Source of the DNA: a virus
IMG/VR virus record: IMGVR_UViG_3300025071_000006
Span: 33,208 to 97,207 of that record
DNA: 64,000 nt
Reading direction: 5' to 3' (one strand)
Part shown: in pieces, positions 6,697 to 16,294 of the stretch
Position numbering within the stretch: position 1 is the first letter of the stretch
How the letters are laid out: every line of letters begins with the position of its first letter
Translations under genes and position numbers: made by a program
The notes under the pieces: generated by a model
Databases searched by the model: none
What the model saw: the letters and a program-made list of their open reading frames with translations, nothing else
What the model was told of the DNA's origin: nothing

Positions 6697-9272
6697 TGGC
6701 AATTATAAGATACACAAATGATTCATCTATTAAGTACGCATACTTAAACATCTTTCCAGATCAGTTTAAAACTACAAAACAAAAGAAAGATGATAGTTGG
6801 ATTAAAAACACAATGGATTACTTTGCAAATCAATCATATGCAATGTATGTTAGAAATAGAGAAACGTTTGCAAAAAACTATGATTTAATGAAAGGGATTC
6901 TTCGTAGGGAGGATTTTTATCAAGAACCAGAAGTAAGAAGTTTTACTGATCAACTAGTAAGTGATATTGATCTTCCTGCTTATGTAAAGATGTATTCTAT
7001 TATAACAACTCCTGTTAATGAATTAGTAGGAGAGATATCTAAACGACCAGACTCTTTTAGAGTAAAAGCATTTGATGATGAAAGTCAAGCACAAGAATTA
7101 CAATTCAAAACAGACACACTTCAAAAATATGTAATATCAAAAGTTAAAGAACAGGTAGTAGCAAAAGTTGCTATGACTGGACAAGATATAAGTGAAGAGG
7201 ATATAGATAAAATAACATTTGAACAAGTTAAAGATCAATTAGATAGTTATACTTCAGTAGCAGAAAAATGGGCTAATCATGTCCTCACTGCACAGAAAGC
7301 AGATTTTAATATTAAAGAAAAGTCCGAAGAAGCATTTAGAGATCTTCTTATAACTGCTAGAGAGTTTTATCATATATATGAAGACAACTCTAAACTAGGT
7401 TATAACATTGAAGTTACAAATCCTAAAAATACATGGTTCTTAACTACACCAGATAAAAAATATACATCAGATCCTACAGGAAGAAAACAAGGATCTTATG
7501 CTGCAGGTACAGTACAGGTAATGGAACTATCAGAAATAATTGAAGCAGTTCCTGAATTAACTAAAGCTGAGATTGATCATTTAAGAACATCTTTACAAGA
7601 CTATGGATTAATCAATGCAAGAGAATCTAATTTAACTAATGGTGTTACACCTGGTATTGATTCTATTACATATGATACATATGATCCTTTAGTATTACAG
7701 ACTCGTATGATGATTGAGTCTGAAATGAAAGAGAATGATGATGGTCTAAGAGACTTTTTAGGACTAGCTAATAATGTATCTGCATTTGGATATAAGTATG
7801 TTGTAATACGTTCTTATTGGGTTTCTAAAAAGAAGATAGGTAAATTAATATACATGGATGAACTAGGAAATGAGCAATCAGTACTAGTAGATGAGAATTA
7901 TAAAAGTGGAATGATGCCTACAGAACAATCACTAGAGTGGGGTTGGATCAATCAATGGTATCAAGGAATTAAAATAGGTCCGGACATCTATCATGTTAAA
8001 CCTTATAAATTATTAGACTACTGTCCAATCATTGGTACAGTGTATGAGCAAAAGAATACCGAAGCAAAATCGTTAGTAGATTTAATGAAGCCTTTCCAGG
8101 TTATATATAATGTTTGTATGAATCAATTATATAAACTACTAGAGAAAGAAGTTGGTAAGGTTCAACTGATGTCACTAAGACATATCCCTGTTCCGAAAGA
8201 TGGAGATGCACAAGATGCTCTTGATGTATGGGAAATGGAAGCTCGTAATAGAGGTGTTGTATTTGTAGATGATAGTCCAGAGAACTTAAAAGCTCCAAGC
8301 TCATTTAATCAATTTACTGCATTAGATCTTACACGTACACAAGAAATACAATCAAGATATACACTAGCCCAACAAATGAAAATAGAGTGCTGGGAATTAA
8401 TAGGTATGTCTAAACAACGTATGGGTAATATAGCTGCATCAGAAACAGCCACAGGTACAAATACAGCAATGCAACAGAGTTACTCTCAAACAGAGCCTCT
8501 ATTTGTTGCACATGAGTATGTAATGGGTCAATTATACCAAGCAATTGTAGATGCTGCACTATATACAGAAAGTTCTAAACCACAATCTACTCTTTCATAT
8601 ATAACTAATGAAGGTGAATCTGCATTTGTACAAGTTAATGGTACTGATTTATCATTACGTGATATTCAAGTATTCTTAACTAATAGACCAGAAGACACTC
8701 AAATGTTTAATGAGCTTAGACAATTATCTCAAGCTGTTATTCAAAATGGTGGTACACTTTATGATATTATTGAATTATATAGTACTAAGTCTATGAGAGA
8801 AATGAAAAAGACTTTCAAGGATCTTAAAGATAGACAAGAACAGCAACAGCAACAACAGATGGAACTTCAACAGCAACAGCAGCAAGCTCAGCAACAACAA
8901 GCTCAAGCAGCATTAGAGCAAGCTAAGCAGATGGCAATGGAAGAACAGGTTAATGAAGATAGACAAAATGAACTAGATAGAGTTAATAAGAAAGAAGTTG
9001 CTCTTATTAATGCTATGGCTAAAGGTCCAGAAATAGTTGGAGCAGATTTAGACAATTCAGGATCACCTGATATAGTAGAGCTATCTAAATTAGAAGCTGA
9101 AACTAATAAAGCTAATAGAGATTACCAAGGTAAAATGGCAGAGATCCAAAGTAGAAATTCAATGGCTCAACAAAAACTACAATTAGAAAGAGATAAAATA
9201 AAATTAGCTCGTGAGAACCAAGCTAATGATCTAGCTGTAGCAAAACAAAATGCAAAAGGAAGAAATAAATAG
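6696..9272 (+). CDS. Portal protein
   Basis: 858 aa after terL; Gln-rich coiled-coil C-terminal barrel as in podovirus portals; crAss-like order terL-portal-scaffold-MCP. Confidence 0.85.
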   Translation: MAIIRYTNDSSIKYAYLNIFPDQFKTTKQKKDDSWIKNTMDYFANQSYAMYVRNRETFAKNYDLMKGILRREDFYQEPEVRSFTDQLVSDIDLPAYVKMYSIITTPVNELVGEISKRPDSFRVKAFDDESQAQELQFKTDTLQKYVISKVKEQVVAKVAMTGQDISEEDIDKITFEQVKDQLDSYTSVAEKWANHVLTAQKADFNIKEKSEEAFRDLLITAREFYHIYEDNSKLGYNIEVTNPKNTWFLTTPDKKYTSDPTGRKQGSYAAGTVQVMELSEIIEAVPELTKAEIDHLRTSLQDYGLINARESNLTNGVTPGIDSITYDTYDPLVLQTRMMIESEMKENDDGLRDFLGLANNVSAFGYKYVVIRSYWVSKKKIGKLIYMDELGNEQSVLVDENYKSGMMPTEQSLEWGWINQWYQGIKIGPDIYHVKPYKLLDYCPIIGTVYEQKNTEAKSLVDLMKPFQVIYNVCMNQLYKLLEKEVGKVQLMSLRHIPVPKDGDAQDALDVWEMEARNRGVVFVDDSPENLKAPSSFNQFTALDLTRTQEIQSRYTLAQQMKIECWELIGMSKQRMGNIAASETATGTNTAMQQSYSQTEPLFVAHEYVMGQLYQAIVDAALYTESSKPQSTLSYITNEGESAFVQVNGTDLSLRDIQVFLTNRPEDTQMFNELRQLSQAVIQNGGTLYDIIELYSTKSMREMKKTFKDLKDRQEQQQQQQMELQQQQQQAQQQQAQAALEQAKQMAMEEQVNEDRQNELDRVNKKEVALINAMAKGPEIVGADLDNSGSPDIVELSKLEAETNKANRDYQGKMAEIQSRNSMAQQKLQLERDKIKLARENQANDLAVAKQNAKGRNK

Positions 9273-9290
9273 CTAAATAATTATTCTCAT

Positions 9291-9306
9291 TATAAAGTGA
9301 GAATAG
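9291..9306 (+). terminator. Hairpin after portal (weak terminator or processing site); right-hand part of TATTCTCA-loop-TGAGAATA spanning about 9282-9305
   Basis: Inverted repeat read directly; no strong U tract. Confidence 0.3.
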
Positions 9307-9353
9307 TTAATGCTATATTATCTCGGATATTTATAAAAATATATAAATAAAGT

Positions 9354-9384
9354 TTTGTAAATCAATATGACTGAATTAACTTTA
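9354..9384 (+). promoter_or_regulatory. Bacteroidota-type promoter for capsid operon
   Basis: TTTG (9354-9357)-N19-TAACTTTA (9377-9384), one mismatch to the -7 consensus. Confidence 0.5.
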
Positions 9385-9431
9385 CAGTCATAGCAAGTAA
9401 AAACCAAGCTTTTAACAAAAAATAACTACAT

Positions 9432-10706
9432 ATGTCTGATAATTTACAGCCACCAGCTAACTTTGGTATACAAGACACCATGAATATGGGTGCAGGCGAT
9501 ACACAATTATTGAATGATCTACTAGCTCCAGAAACTGCACAGGCAGATCCTGAGTCTGTAGAACCAATAGTAAAAGAAGTTGAAGATACAATTCCTGCAA
9601 AAACAGCAGCTAAGGGAAAAGAAATTGTTCCTCCTCTTAGTCCAGACGGAAAAACTGATGAAGAAAAACAAACAGGGGAATCCCTAATTGCTGACTTTCT
9701 AAGTGATGATCCGGATGATACTGAAGAAGAATCAGTTGAAGAAGCTCCAATAGTTAAGGAACCTGAAGATATTCTTGATCAAGTAGGTACAGAAGAATCT
9801 GAAGATACTGCAAATGCAAACTTTGAAGCACTCTCAAATGATCTTTTTGATCTTGGAGTATTTAACAAAGAAGATGAAGAGGAAGTTTCTATATCTACCC
9901 CTGAAGAATTTCTAGCTCGATTTGAATCTGAAAAGAAAAAAGGAGCACAAAGTTTAGTACAAGATTTCATAGGTCAATTTGGAGAAGATTATCAACAAGC
10001 CTTTGATTCTATCTTTGTAAAAGGAGTAAACCCAAAAGAATATTTTGGAACATACAACCAGATAGTAAATTTCTCTGAAATGGATCTATCAAAAGAAGGT
10101 AATCAAAAATCAATTATGCAACAAGCATTAGCTGATCAAGGTTTTGAAAAAGAAGACATAGGTAAAGAAATTGAAAGATTACAAAATTACGGAGATCTAG
10201 AATCTGTATCTACTAGACATCACAAGGTGCTAGTTAAAAAGGAAGCTGCAAAGCTTTCAAAACTAGAAAAACAGTCTCAACAAGAGCTACAAGCAAAGAG
10301 CCAAATTAAGGATCAGTATGTAACTAATGTACAGACAATACTTTCTGATAAAGTAAAAGATAAAGAATTTGATGGTATACCTATCAATTCTAATTTAGCA
10401 AATGAACTACAAGACTTCTTATTAGTAGACAAGTGGAAAACACCTACTGGAGACACCCTGACTGACTTTGATCGTGCTATTTTAGATATGAAAAGACCTG
10501 AGAATCATGAATTAAAAGTTAAAGTGGGATTACTCCTAAAGATGTTAGAAAAAGATCCAACCTTGGCTTCTATACAAAGAGCAGGTGTGACTAAAAAATC
10601 TAACCAGCTATTTGGAGAAGTTGCTAGACAAGTAACTAAATCAAAAACAGTTGCTTCTCAACAGAAAACAACTAGTAAAAAGAAACCAAATTCATGGTTC
10701 TTATAA
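9432..10706 (+). CDS. Capsid scaffolding/assembly protein
   Basis: Very acidic, low-complexity N-half and helical C-half, between portal and MCP. Confidence 0.65.
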   Translation: MSDNLQPPANFGIQDTMNMGAGDTQLLNDLLAPETAQADPESVEPIVKEVEDTIPAKTAAKGKEIVPPLSPDGKTDEEKQTGESLIADFLSDDPDDTEEESVEEAPIVKEPEDILDQVGTEESEDTANANFEALSNDLFDLGVFNKEDEEEVSISTPEEFLARFESEKKKGAQSLVQDFIGQFGEDYQQAFDSIFVKGVNPKEYFGTYNQIVNFSEMDLSKEGNQKSIMQQALADQGFEKEDIGKEIERLQNYGDLESVSTRHHKVLVKKEAAKLSKLEKQSQQELQAKSQIKDQYVTNVQTILSDKVKDKEFDGIPINSNLANELQDFLLVDKWKTPTGDTLTDFDRAILDMKRPENHELKVKVGLLLKMLEKDPTLASIQRAGVTKKSNQLFGEVARQVTKSKTVASQQKTTSKKKPNSWFL

Positions 10707-10735
10707 TAATTATTAATTAACAAAAAACGAATAAA

Positions 10736-12301
10736 ATGGCAATTCAAACAATCCCAGGTTTAACTGGCTTTACTTATGCACGTGTAGCGTCTATGGATGC
10801 ACGAGCTGTAGGTAAGCTGACAGATGCGAACCACCTAGAGTCCTTTCACTCTACTGAGCCTGCAGACTATGATAAAAAGATTATCAGTCTGTATACTCAA
10901 TCTTCATTGTATAGCAATGATTTTCTAGACATGATTAACAAGAGTACTCCTTATTACATTGACACAAACTCAGATGCGTGGAAGTGGAATATAGCTGTAC
11001 CTTACAAATTCCCTAAAATTATTGACATTCCAAAATCTACTAAAGATATCATTGCTGGTACTGGTAAGGTTGGAATTGATGGTCAAGAGTTTGAGCTTAT
11101 ATTAAGTTCTAACGAGTTCTCTAAGAACGCTATCATCTCTGTAGGAACACGTCAATATGGACCACGTTTTTACGTGATAAAAGATCCACAACCATGGAAC
11201 ATGGGATGGATTTACAAATTTACATTAGTAAGTGATAACCCAACAGTAGACTTCGTTAATACTACATTTTTAGCACAAGGTGTTGAATTAGAATTAGTAG
11301 ATGCTGCAATTGGAGAATTTGATCAAGACTTATTAGGTCTTCCTAGATTAGGTGAAGAAATCACTATGTTCGAATCATTAGGTTCTGCATATGGTTATGA
11401 GCACAAAATTACGGAATGGGCTGATGATAAAATGTTAAGAGACTCTTCTGGGAAACCATTAGATATTTTAGTATATGCACCACAACAACGTAATCAACTT
11501 CCTTTAAGAAGAGAAGACGTTAAATGGGAACCGTTCATTGAGTTCTGGATGCGTAAGTCTATGTTAGAATTAAAAGTTAAACGTATGATCTGGGCTTCTC
11601 CAGGTACGGTTAAAACTAATGGATCTAAACAAGAATTAAAAAGAACTTCTGCTGGTGTATACCACAGAATGAGAAATAATGGAAACTTAGTACAGTATAA
11701 CAGAGGTGAATTCTCTGCTAACTTAATACGTGCAGTTTTCGGTGATCTATTCTATCGTAGAGTGGATGTTAAAGATCGTAGAGTTAAAATGTATACTAAT
11801 GAGGCTGGATTCGATGTATTCCAACAAGCTCTTAAAGATGATGCACTTAATTCAGGTCTTACTTTCATGGCAGATTCTGGAAACAGATACATGCAAGGTG
11901 AAGGACAAAACATTACTTATAACTTTGCTTTCGATGCAATGGTTACGAGAGAAACAGGTCGTGTTGAATTGGTTCACTTAAAAGAACTAGATTTACCACA
12001 AACTAATTTAGAATTTGGACAAAACATGAAATCTACGCCAGTATTTATGGTGTTTGATGTTTCTCCATTATCTGATGGTGCAATGGTAAATAATATCCGT
12101 GAAGTTCGTATGCAAGGTGCTCCTTCTATGACTTGGGGTTATATTGATGGTACTCGTTCCCACTTAGGCTTTGCGAAGTCTCAAGGAATGCAGTCTGCTA
12201 ACAAATTCCCAGGATATGAGTTATGGATGAAAGATCGTTGTGATGTATTCATTGAAGACTTATCTAGAACTGTGTTAATTGAAGAAATTCCACAATTCTA
12301 A
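10736..12301 (+). CDS. Major capsid protein
   Basis: 521 aa, highly-expressed codon bias (many TTC/ATC/AAC), position; N-terminal KLTDANHL recalls the crAss-like MCP LTxxNHL motif. Confidence 0.85.
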   Translation: MAIQTIPGLTGFTYARVASMDARAVGKLTDANHLESFHSTEPADYDKKIISLYTQSSLYSNDFLDMINKSTPYYIDTNSDAWKWNIAVPYKFPKIIDIPKSTKDIIAGTGKVGIDGQEFELILSSNEFSKNAIISVGTRQYGPRFYVIKDPQPWNMGWIYKFTLVSDNPTVDFVNTTFLAQGVELELVDAAIGEFDQDLLGLPRLGEEITMFESLGSAYGYEHKITEWADDKMLRDSSGKPLDILVYAPQQRNQLPLRREDVKWEPFIEFWMRKSMLELKVKRMIWASPGTVKTNGSKQELKRTSAGVYHRMRNNGNLVQYNRGEFSANLIRAVFGDLFYRRVDVKDRRVKMYTNEAGFDVFQQALKDDALNSGLTFMADSGNRYMQGEGQNITYNFAFDAMVTRETGRVELVHLKELDLPQTNLEFGQNMKSTPVFMVFDVSPLSDGAMVNNIREVRMQGAPSMTWGYIDGTRSHLGFAKSQGMQSANKFPGYELWMKDRCDVFIEDLSRTVLIEEIPQF

Positions 12302-12313
12302 ATATATAAGATA

Positions 12314-12448
12314 GGTGAATTATTATTAACTTAATGTTCACCATTCTCAGAGAAGTGTCCCCTCACCCACACTGTCCCTCCTCAGAGGGGACATACTTCT
12401 CTAACTTGAGTACTGGATTAAGTTCCTACCTGTTCAATCAGAGTACTC
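12314..12448 (+). other. Structured intergenic element (three hairpins) after MCP
   Basis: GGTGAA/TTCACC (12314-12342); GAGAAGT-GTCCCCTC/GAGGGGAC-AT-ACTTCTC (12350-12401); GAGTACT/AGTACTC (12408-12448). Confidence 0.55.
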
Positions 12449-12490
12449 TACAAATTATAAAACCAAAGAATTAATTAATCAAACTACATT

Positions 12491-13459
12491 ATGGGTAAAT
12501 TAGGTAAAATCTCTACGATAACGAGAGTATATAACAATACACAAGTTCAAACTTTACAAAGTGGTCTATCAAAGGCAGGTATGACAAGAATTCCTGGAAC
12601 AGGAGTTTTTAAATATCCTTACAAAGAATTAGATGGTAAATACAGAACAGGACTAGATCCTGATGCTGGTTATATCAGAAGAATTCAAGATCCAACTGAA
12701 AAAGAACTTGAAATAGAAAGAGTAACTGCTCTAAAAGAAAAGCTACAAACTGTATTAGGAGATATTGATTTAGGACCAAGAGCAAAATTCTGGAACTATG
12801 GATTATCTACAGGAGTAAATGATTCACTTCATGTTAAAGCAGTAAAGCTTTTAGATGGTGATAATATGTATGACTTAGATGTACCAATTCAAGAGATTTC
12901 TTTTGCTTGGTTAAGAGTTCATCCAACTATTGCATCCTCATACCAAGCATGGGAAAGAGGAGAATTTCCAGCAGATACACAGTTTTATGTTGTTAATGAT
13001 GAGATAGAAAGTCAACTAGTTTATAAAAAGAAACAACTTATCAACAAGGCTATTATCAAGTTTGATAGCATGAGTATAGAAAAGAAAAGAAAAGTTGCAA
13101 GACTTCTAGGATTACCAGTAACAGGCGACTCTAAAGAAGAAGTAGTTTATAACTTAGTAGATAACATGTTAAAGCTAACAGAAGTAAAAACTGGAAACTT
13201 CCAAGGATTAAATCCGATAGAAGTATTCAACAGATTTGCTGACATGAAAGAAAATTTACTCCATATTAAAGATTTAATTAAACAAGCTATACAACATTCA
13301 ATCTATAGACTTAAGCCAAGTGGCAAGGTTTATGAAGGAGAATACGAAGTAGCAATGGATGAAGAAGAATTAGTAAAATATTTAGTTGATGAAGATCATC
13401 AAGATGATTTACTAGTACTTGAAAAGAAATTGAAATCTAAAAAACTAGCTTCGGTATAG
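12491..13459 (+). CDS. Conserved-looking hypothetical protein downstream of MCP, 322 aa
   Basis: ORF track; position in the capsid module. Confidence 0.7.
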   Translation: MGKLGKISTITRVYNNTQVQTLQSGLSKAGMTRIPGTGVFKYPYKELDGKYRTGLDPDAGYIRRIQDPTEKELEIERVTALKEKLQTVLGDIDLGPRAKFWNYGLSTGVNDSLHVKAVKLLDGDNMYDLDVPIQEISFAWLRVHPTIASSYQAWERGEFPADTQFYVVNDEIESQLVYKKKQLINKAIIKFDSMSIEKKRKVARLLGLPVTGDSKEEVVYNLVDNMLKLTEVKTGNFQGLNPIEVFNRFADMKENLLHIKDLIKQAIQHSIYRLKPSGKVYEGEYEVAMDEEELVKYLVDEDHQDDLLVLEKKLKSKKLASV

Positions 13460-13460
13460 T

Positions 13461-13619
13461 ATGAGCTTTAAAGAAGATTTTGAAAAGCTATATCCAAACA
13501 CTGATAAAAGAATAAAAAAAATCCTTTTAGATGAATTTGAAAAAGGAAATTGTAAAATAGATGAAGATAATACTTTATGTTATACTTCTAATATAGCTAA
13601 AAAAATAGCATTATTATGA
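13461..13619 (+). CDS. Small hypothetical protein, 52 aa
   Basis: Manual translation MSFKEDFEKLYPNTDKRIKKILLDEFEKGNCKIDEDNTLCYTSNIAKKIALL; fills the gap exactly, ATGA overlap with 13616. Confidence 0.6.
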   Translation: MSFKEDFEKLYPNTDKRIKKILLDEFEKGNCKIDEDNTLCYTSNIAKKIALL

Positions 13620-14347
13620 TACCAGTAGATAGTTTATTATATAAAATAGATCAAAAACTAAATAAACTATCAACTAACGAGCACCAACAGATTGCATTAG
13701 AAGACAAAATCTTAAGCTTGAACGAAGCTCAGATTAAGTTGATAAAACAAAAAGTTGATGGTTTTAGTGTCCCTAACCGATTAGGTTATGATGCTTTTAA
13801 GAAAAGGTATGAAGATTTACAGAATCTAGTTATAGATTTTACAAATCAACCATTACCGTTAGTGGAATCTAACAAAGAATTACATCAATGGAATGCTGAC
13901 TTAACTGTACTTAAACCTAAGTATATGTTTTATGTAGACAGTTATGTGTTAGCAGACAAAGGTAGATGCAAAGATCGAATAATATGGATTAATAAAGATC
14001 TTAGTAAACATGGAGATTTATCTCTTTTACTAAATAATGATCATTATAAACCAAGCTTCGAGTATCAAGAAACCCTAAATGGAATATCTTCTAATACTTT
14101 AAGTATATATACTGACGGTACATTTACCCCCACAACTATACAAATTATGTACATGAGATATCCTGTCTATATAAATAAGGCAGGATACATCATGTTAGAT
14201 GGAACTCCATCAACTAACGTAAATTGTGAACTAGAACTATATCTAGAGGATGAGATTGTAGATTTAACAGTTCAGAATCTAGCTATGTACACAGAGAATG
14301 CTGCTGCTGTACAAAGTGCCCAATTTAGAATACAAACAAATGAATAA
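13616..14347 (+). CDS. Head-tail adaptor / tail ring protein
   Basis: 243 aa; N-terminal LNEAQ helix and C-terminal YMRYP...CELELYLEDEIVDL pattern typical of podovirus ring proteins; position. Confidence 0.6.
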   Translation: MIPVDSLLYKIDQKLNKLSTNEHQQIALEDKILSLNEAQIKLIKQKVDGFSVPNRLGYDAFKKRYEDLQNLVIDFTNQPLPLVESNKELHQWNADLTVLKPKYMFYVDSYVLADKGRCKDRIIWINKDLSKHGDLSLLLNNDHYKPSFEYQETLNGISSNTLSIYTDGTFTPTTIQIMYMRYPVYINKAGYIMLDGTPSTNVNCELELYLEDEIVDLTVQNLAMYTENAAAVQSAQFRIQTNE

Positions 14348-14374
14348 TAATATAACCCTTAAACACAATAAATT

Positions 14375-15514
14375 ATGAGTACATTCGCGTTAACCACGTT
14401 ATTCGTGGTGCCAGTAGGTCAGACAGCTCTGCCTAGCACTGGTTCGACTCAAGACCTTACAAAAGGTCAAGTAGGATTTTACAAAAGTGATTATGCTTTA
14501 GCAACTGCTGCTAACATAGCTGCTTCTCCGTATTTCTACGTAGCACAAGGTAGAGAAAACACCTACCTACAAGGATCTAAAAGATCTGACAAAATTAAAG
14601 GCTGCCCATCTGGGTCAGGTTGTAACTCTAACGTAACTGAGTGGTATAAAGCTTCTGGGTGTTCCCAAGCTGCTAACCAGATTACTGACGTTACAGACTT
14701 TAAAGTACAATGTGGTGAGATAGTCACATTGACATTACGTGCTTTTTCTTCTTACATTAATACTTTATACTTCAACGGATTTACACGTTCAGTAACTGTT
14801 AACGCTCCATGTTGTGAGTGTGGTGGTGATGTGTGTACTGATGTAGATGTTAATGCATTAATCAATTCACTTATCGTTAAGTTAGAGCAATCTGCTCCTG
14901 GCGATAATCCAGACAACGTATCTTTCAAAAGTTTCTTTACATTTGAAAACGTTGGTGGAACAAAATTAAGAATACACGGTAAGCCATTAACTAAATATGG
15001 ACAACCTTGTGATGTTGCTGCATTCCCATTTGAATATGACAGAATGTATTTCAACGCATTTATTTATGATGGACCAGCTACAACTGCTGACTTTATCGTT
15101 GCTGATGCTTGTGACATTGTTGCTAAAGCAACTATAATCCAAAATGCTACTTATCCTTCTGGATTAGCTGCTGAATGGAAACAAGCAGAAATTAATTACT
15201 ATAGCTACCAAGCTGGGTATTTAAAATCTCTATACAGAATGGGAGGATACAATGAGAACTTTGAGTCTTATGTAACTGACGGAGTTGTATATGATAGCTA
15301 CTATATCAGATTCAATGAATATGATAGAGGTGCATATCAATGGGGTGATTTTATCCATCAAGACTCTATCGTAATGATAGCCGTACCTAATTCTGACACT
15401 GATGGTGGAAGTGGTATTGCTGCTGACGTAGAAGCTGTTTTAGTTGCTGCTCTTGGTGCTGTTGTTGATAATAATACTTGTATTACAACTACAACTACTA
15501 CAACTGCTGCATAA
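14375..15514 (+). CDS. Probable auxiliary capsid/decoration protein with C-terminal poly-Thr tail
   Basis: 379 aa, high-expression codon bias, beta-rich, Cys-rich, ends CITTTTTTTAA; followed by a terminator. Confidence 0.55.
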   Translation: MSTFALTTLFVVPVGQTALPSTGSTQDLTKGQVGFYKSDYALATAANIAASPYFYVAQGRENTYLQGSKRSDKIKGCPSGSGCNSNVTEWYKASGCSQAANQITDVTDFKVQCGEIVTLTLRAFSSYINTLYFNGFTRSVTVNAPCCECGGDVCTDVDVNALINSLIVKLEQSAPGDNPDNVSFKSFFTFENVGGTKLRIHGKPLTKYGQPCDVAAFPFEYDRMYFNAFIYDGPATTADFIVADACDIVAKATIIQNATYPSGLAAEWKQAEINYYSYQAGYLKSLYRMGGYNENFESYVTDGVVYDSYYIRFNEYDRGAYQWGDFIHQDSIVMIAVPNSDTDGGSGIAADVEAVLVAALGAVVDNNTCITTTTTTTAA

Positions 15515-15550
15515 GGAAGAAACTACCTAATACAATACTAACCTAATCTA

Positions 15551-15597
15551 ATACCAGAGAGGCGAGGATAACGCTCAATCCTCTGGTATTTTTTTTT
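15551..15597 (+). terminator. Intrinsic terminator
   Basis: ATACCAGAG/CTCTGGTAT stem followed by a T-run. Confidence 0.75.
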
Positions 15598-15608
15598 AAA
15601 TAAAACTT

Positions 15609-16175
15609 ATGGCAGCCAATTTTCAGTTAGATCTTATTGTCCCTCCTAGTTATAGTGTAAAATTACTTGCTGTTACAGATGCGTCTATCTATCCAGATAA
15701 CCCACCTATTGTATCATCACCAAGTATTGAAATTCAGGTTCCAGGATTTGGAACCAAGATATTACCTTTTGTACCTTTAGAGACAAACATTTTTGCATCA
15801 GATACCTTAGGTATTACTGAAGCTGGATGTAAGCAGGATCTTCCGGATGGTATTTACCATTTGAAGTATTCTGTAGCACCTGCATATCTAAATTATGTTG
15901 AGAAAACAATTATGCGTATAGACAAACTTCAAGAGAAGTTTGATTCTGCATTTTTAAAACTTAACATGATGGAATGTGCAAGTGAATTAAAAACACAATC
16001 AAATATTACATTAAATACAATTAACTTCTTTATTCAGGGTTCTTTAGCAGCTGCTAATAACTGTGCTGAAAAAGAAGCATTAAAATTATACAGTCAAGCT
16101 GGTAACATGCTTGATACATTTATAAAATCAAACTGTGGTTGTACAGGAAACAATTACAGAGTAAACTTCATTTAA
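15609..16175 (+). CDS. Structural protein, 188 aa (fibre docking/hub candidate)
   Basis: Beta-rich N-half, helical C-half ending in CGC; first gene of the accessory structural cluster. Confidence 0.5.
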   Translation: MAANFQLDLIVPPSYSVKLLAVTDASIYPDNPPIVSSPSIEIQVPGFGTKILPFVPLETNIFASDTLGITEAGCKQDLPDGIYHLKYSVAPAYLNYVEKTIMRIDKLQEKFDSAFLKLNMMECASELKTQSNITLNTINFFIQGSLAAANNCAEKEALKLYSQAGNMLDTFIKSNCGCTGNNYRVNFI

Positions 16176-16176
16176 T

Positions 16177-16287
16177 ATGGCACAGTGTGCAGGATGTGGA
16201 GCTCAGGTGGGATGTAGCTGTAGACTAAATAATGGTCTATGTGGAGCCTGTCAAGCGAAGTTAAAAGAAAATCAAGGTAAAAAGTAA
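16177..16287 (+). CDS. Cys-rich mini-protein, 36 aa
   Basis: Manual translation MAQCAGCGAQVGCSCRLNNGLCGACQAKLKENQGKK; 1 nt after upstream stop, 7 nt before next start. Confidence 0.7.
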   Translation: MAQCAGCGAQVGCSCRLNNGLCGACQAKLKENQGKK

Positions 16288-16294
16288 GATATAT

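Noticed and set aside
8836-8910. CAG/CAA-rich poly-Gln run in portal
   Set aside because: Mixed codons encoding the usual Gln-rich portal barrel; not a DNA repeat element.
1775-9318. 13-nt match GTTAATGCTATAT at 1775-1787 and 9306-9318, both intergenic
   Set aside because: AT-rich 13-mer; rough expectation from intergenic length and composition is near one chance match; orientation relative to genes differs.
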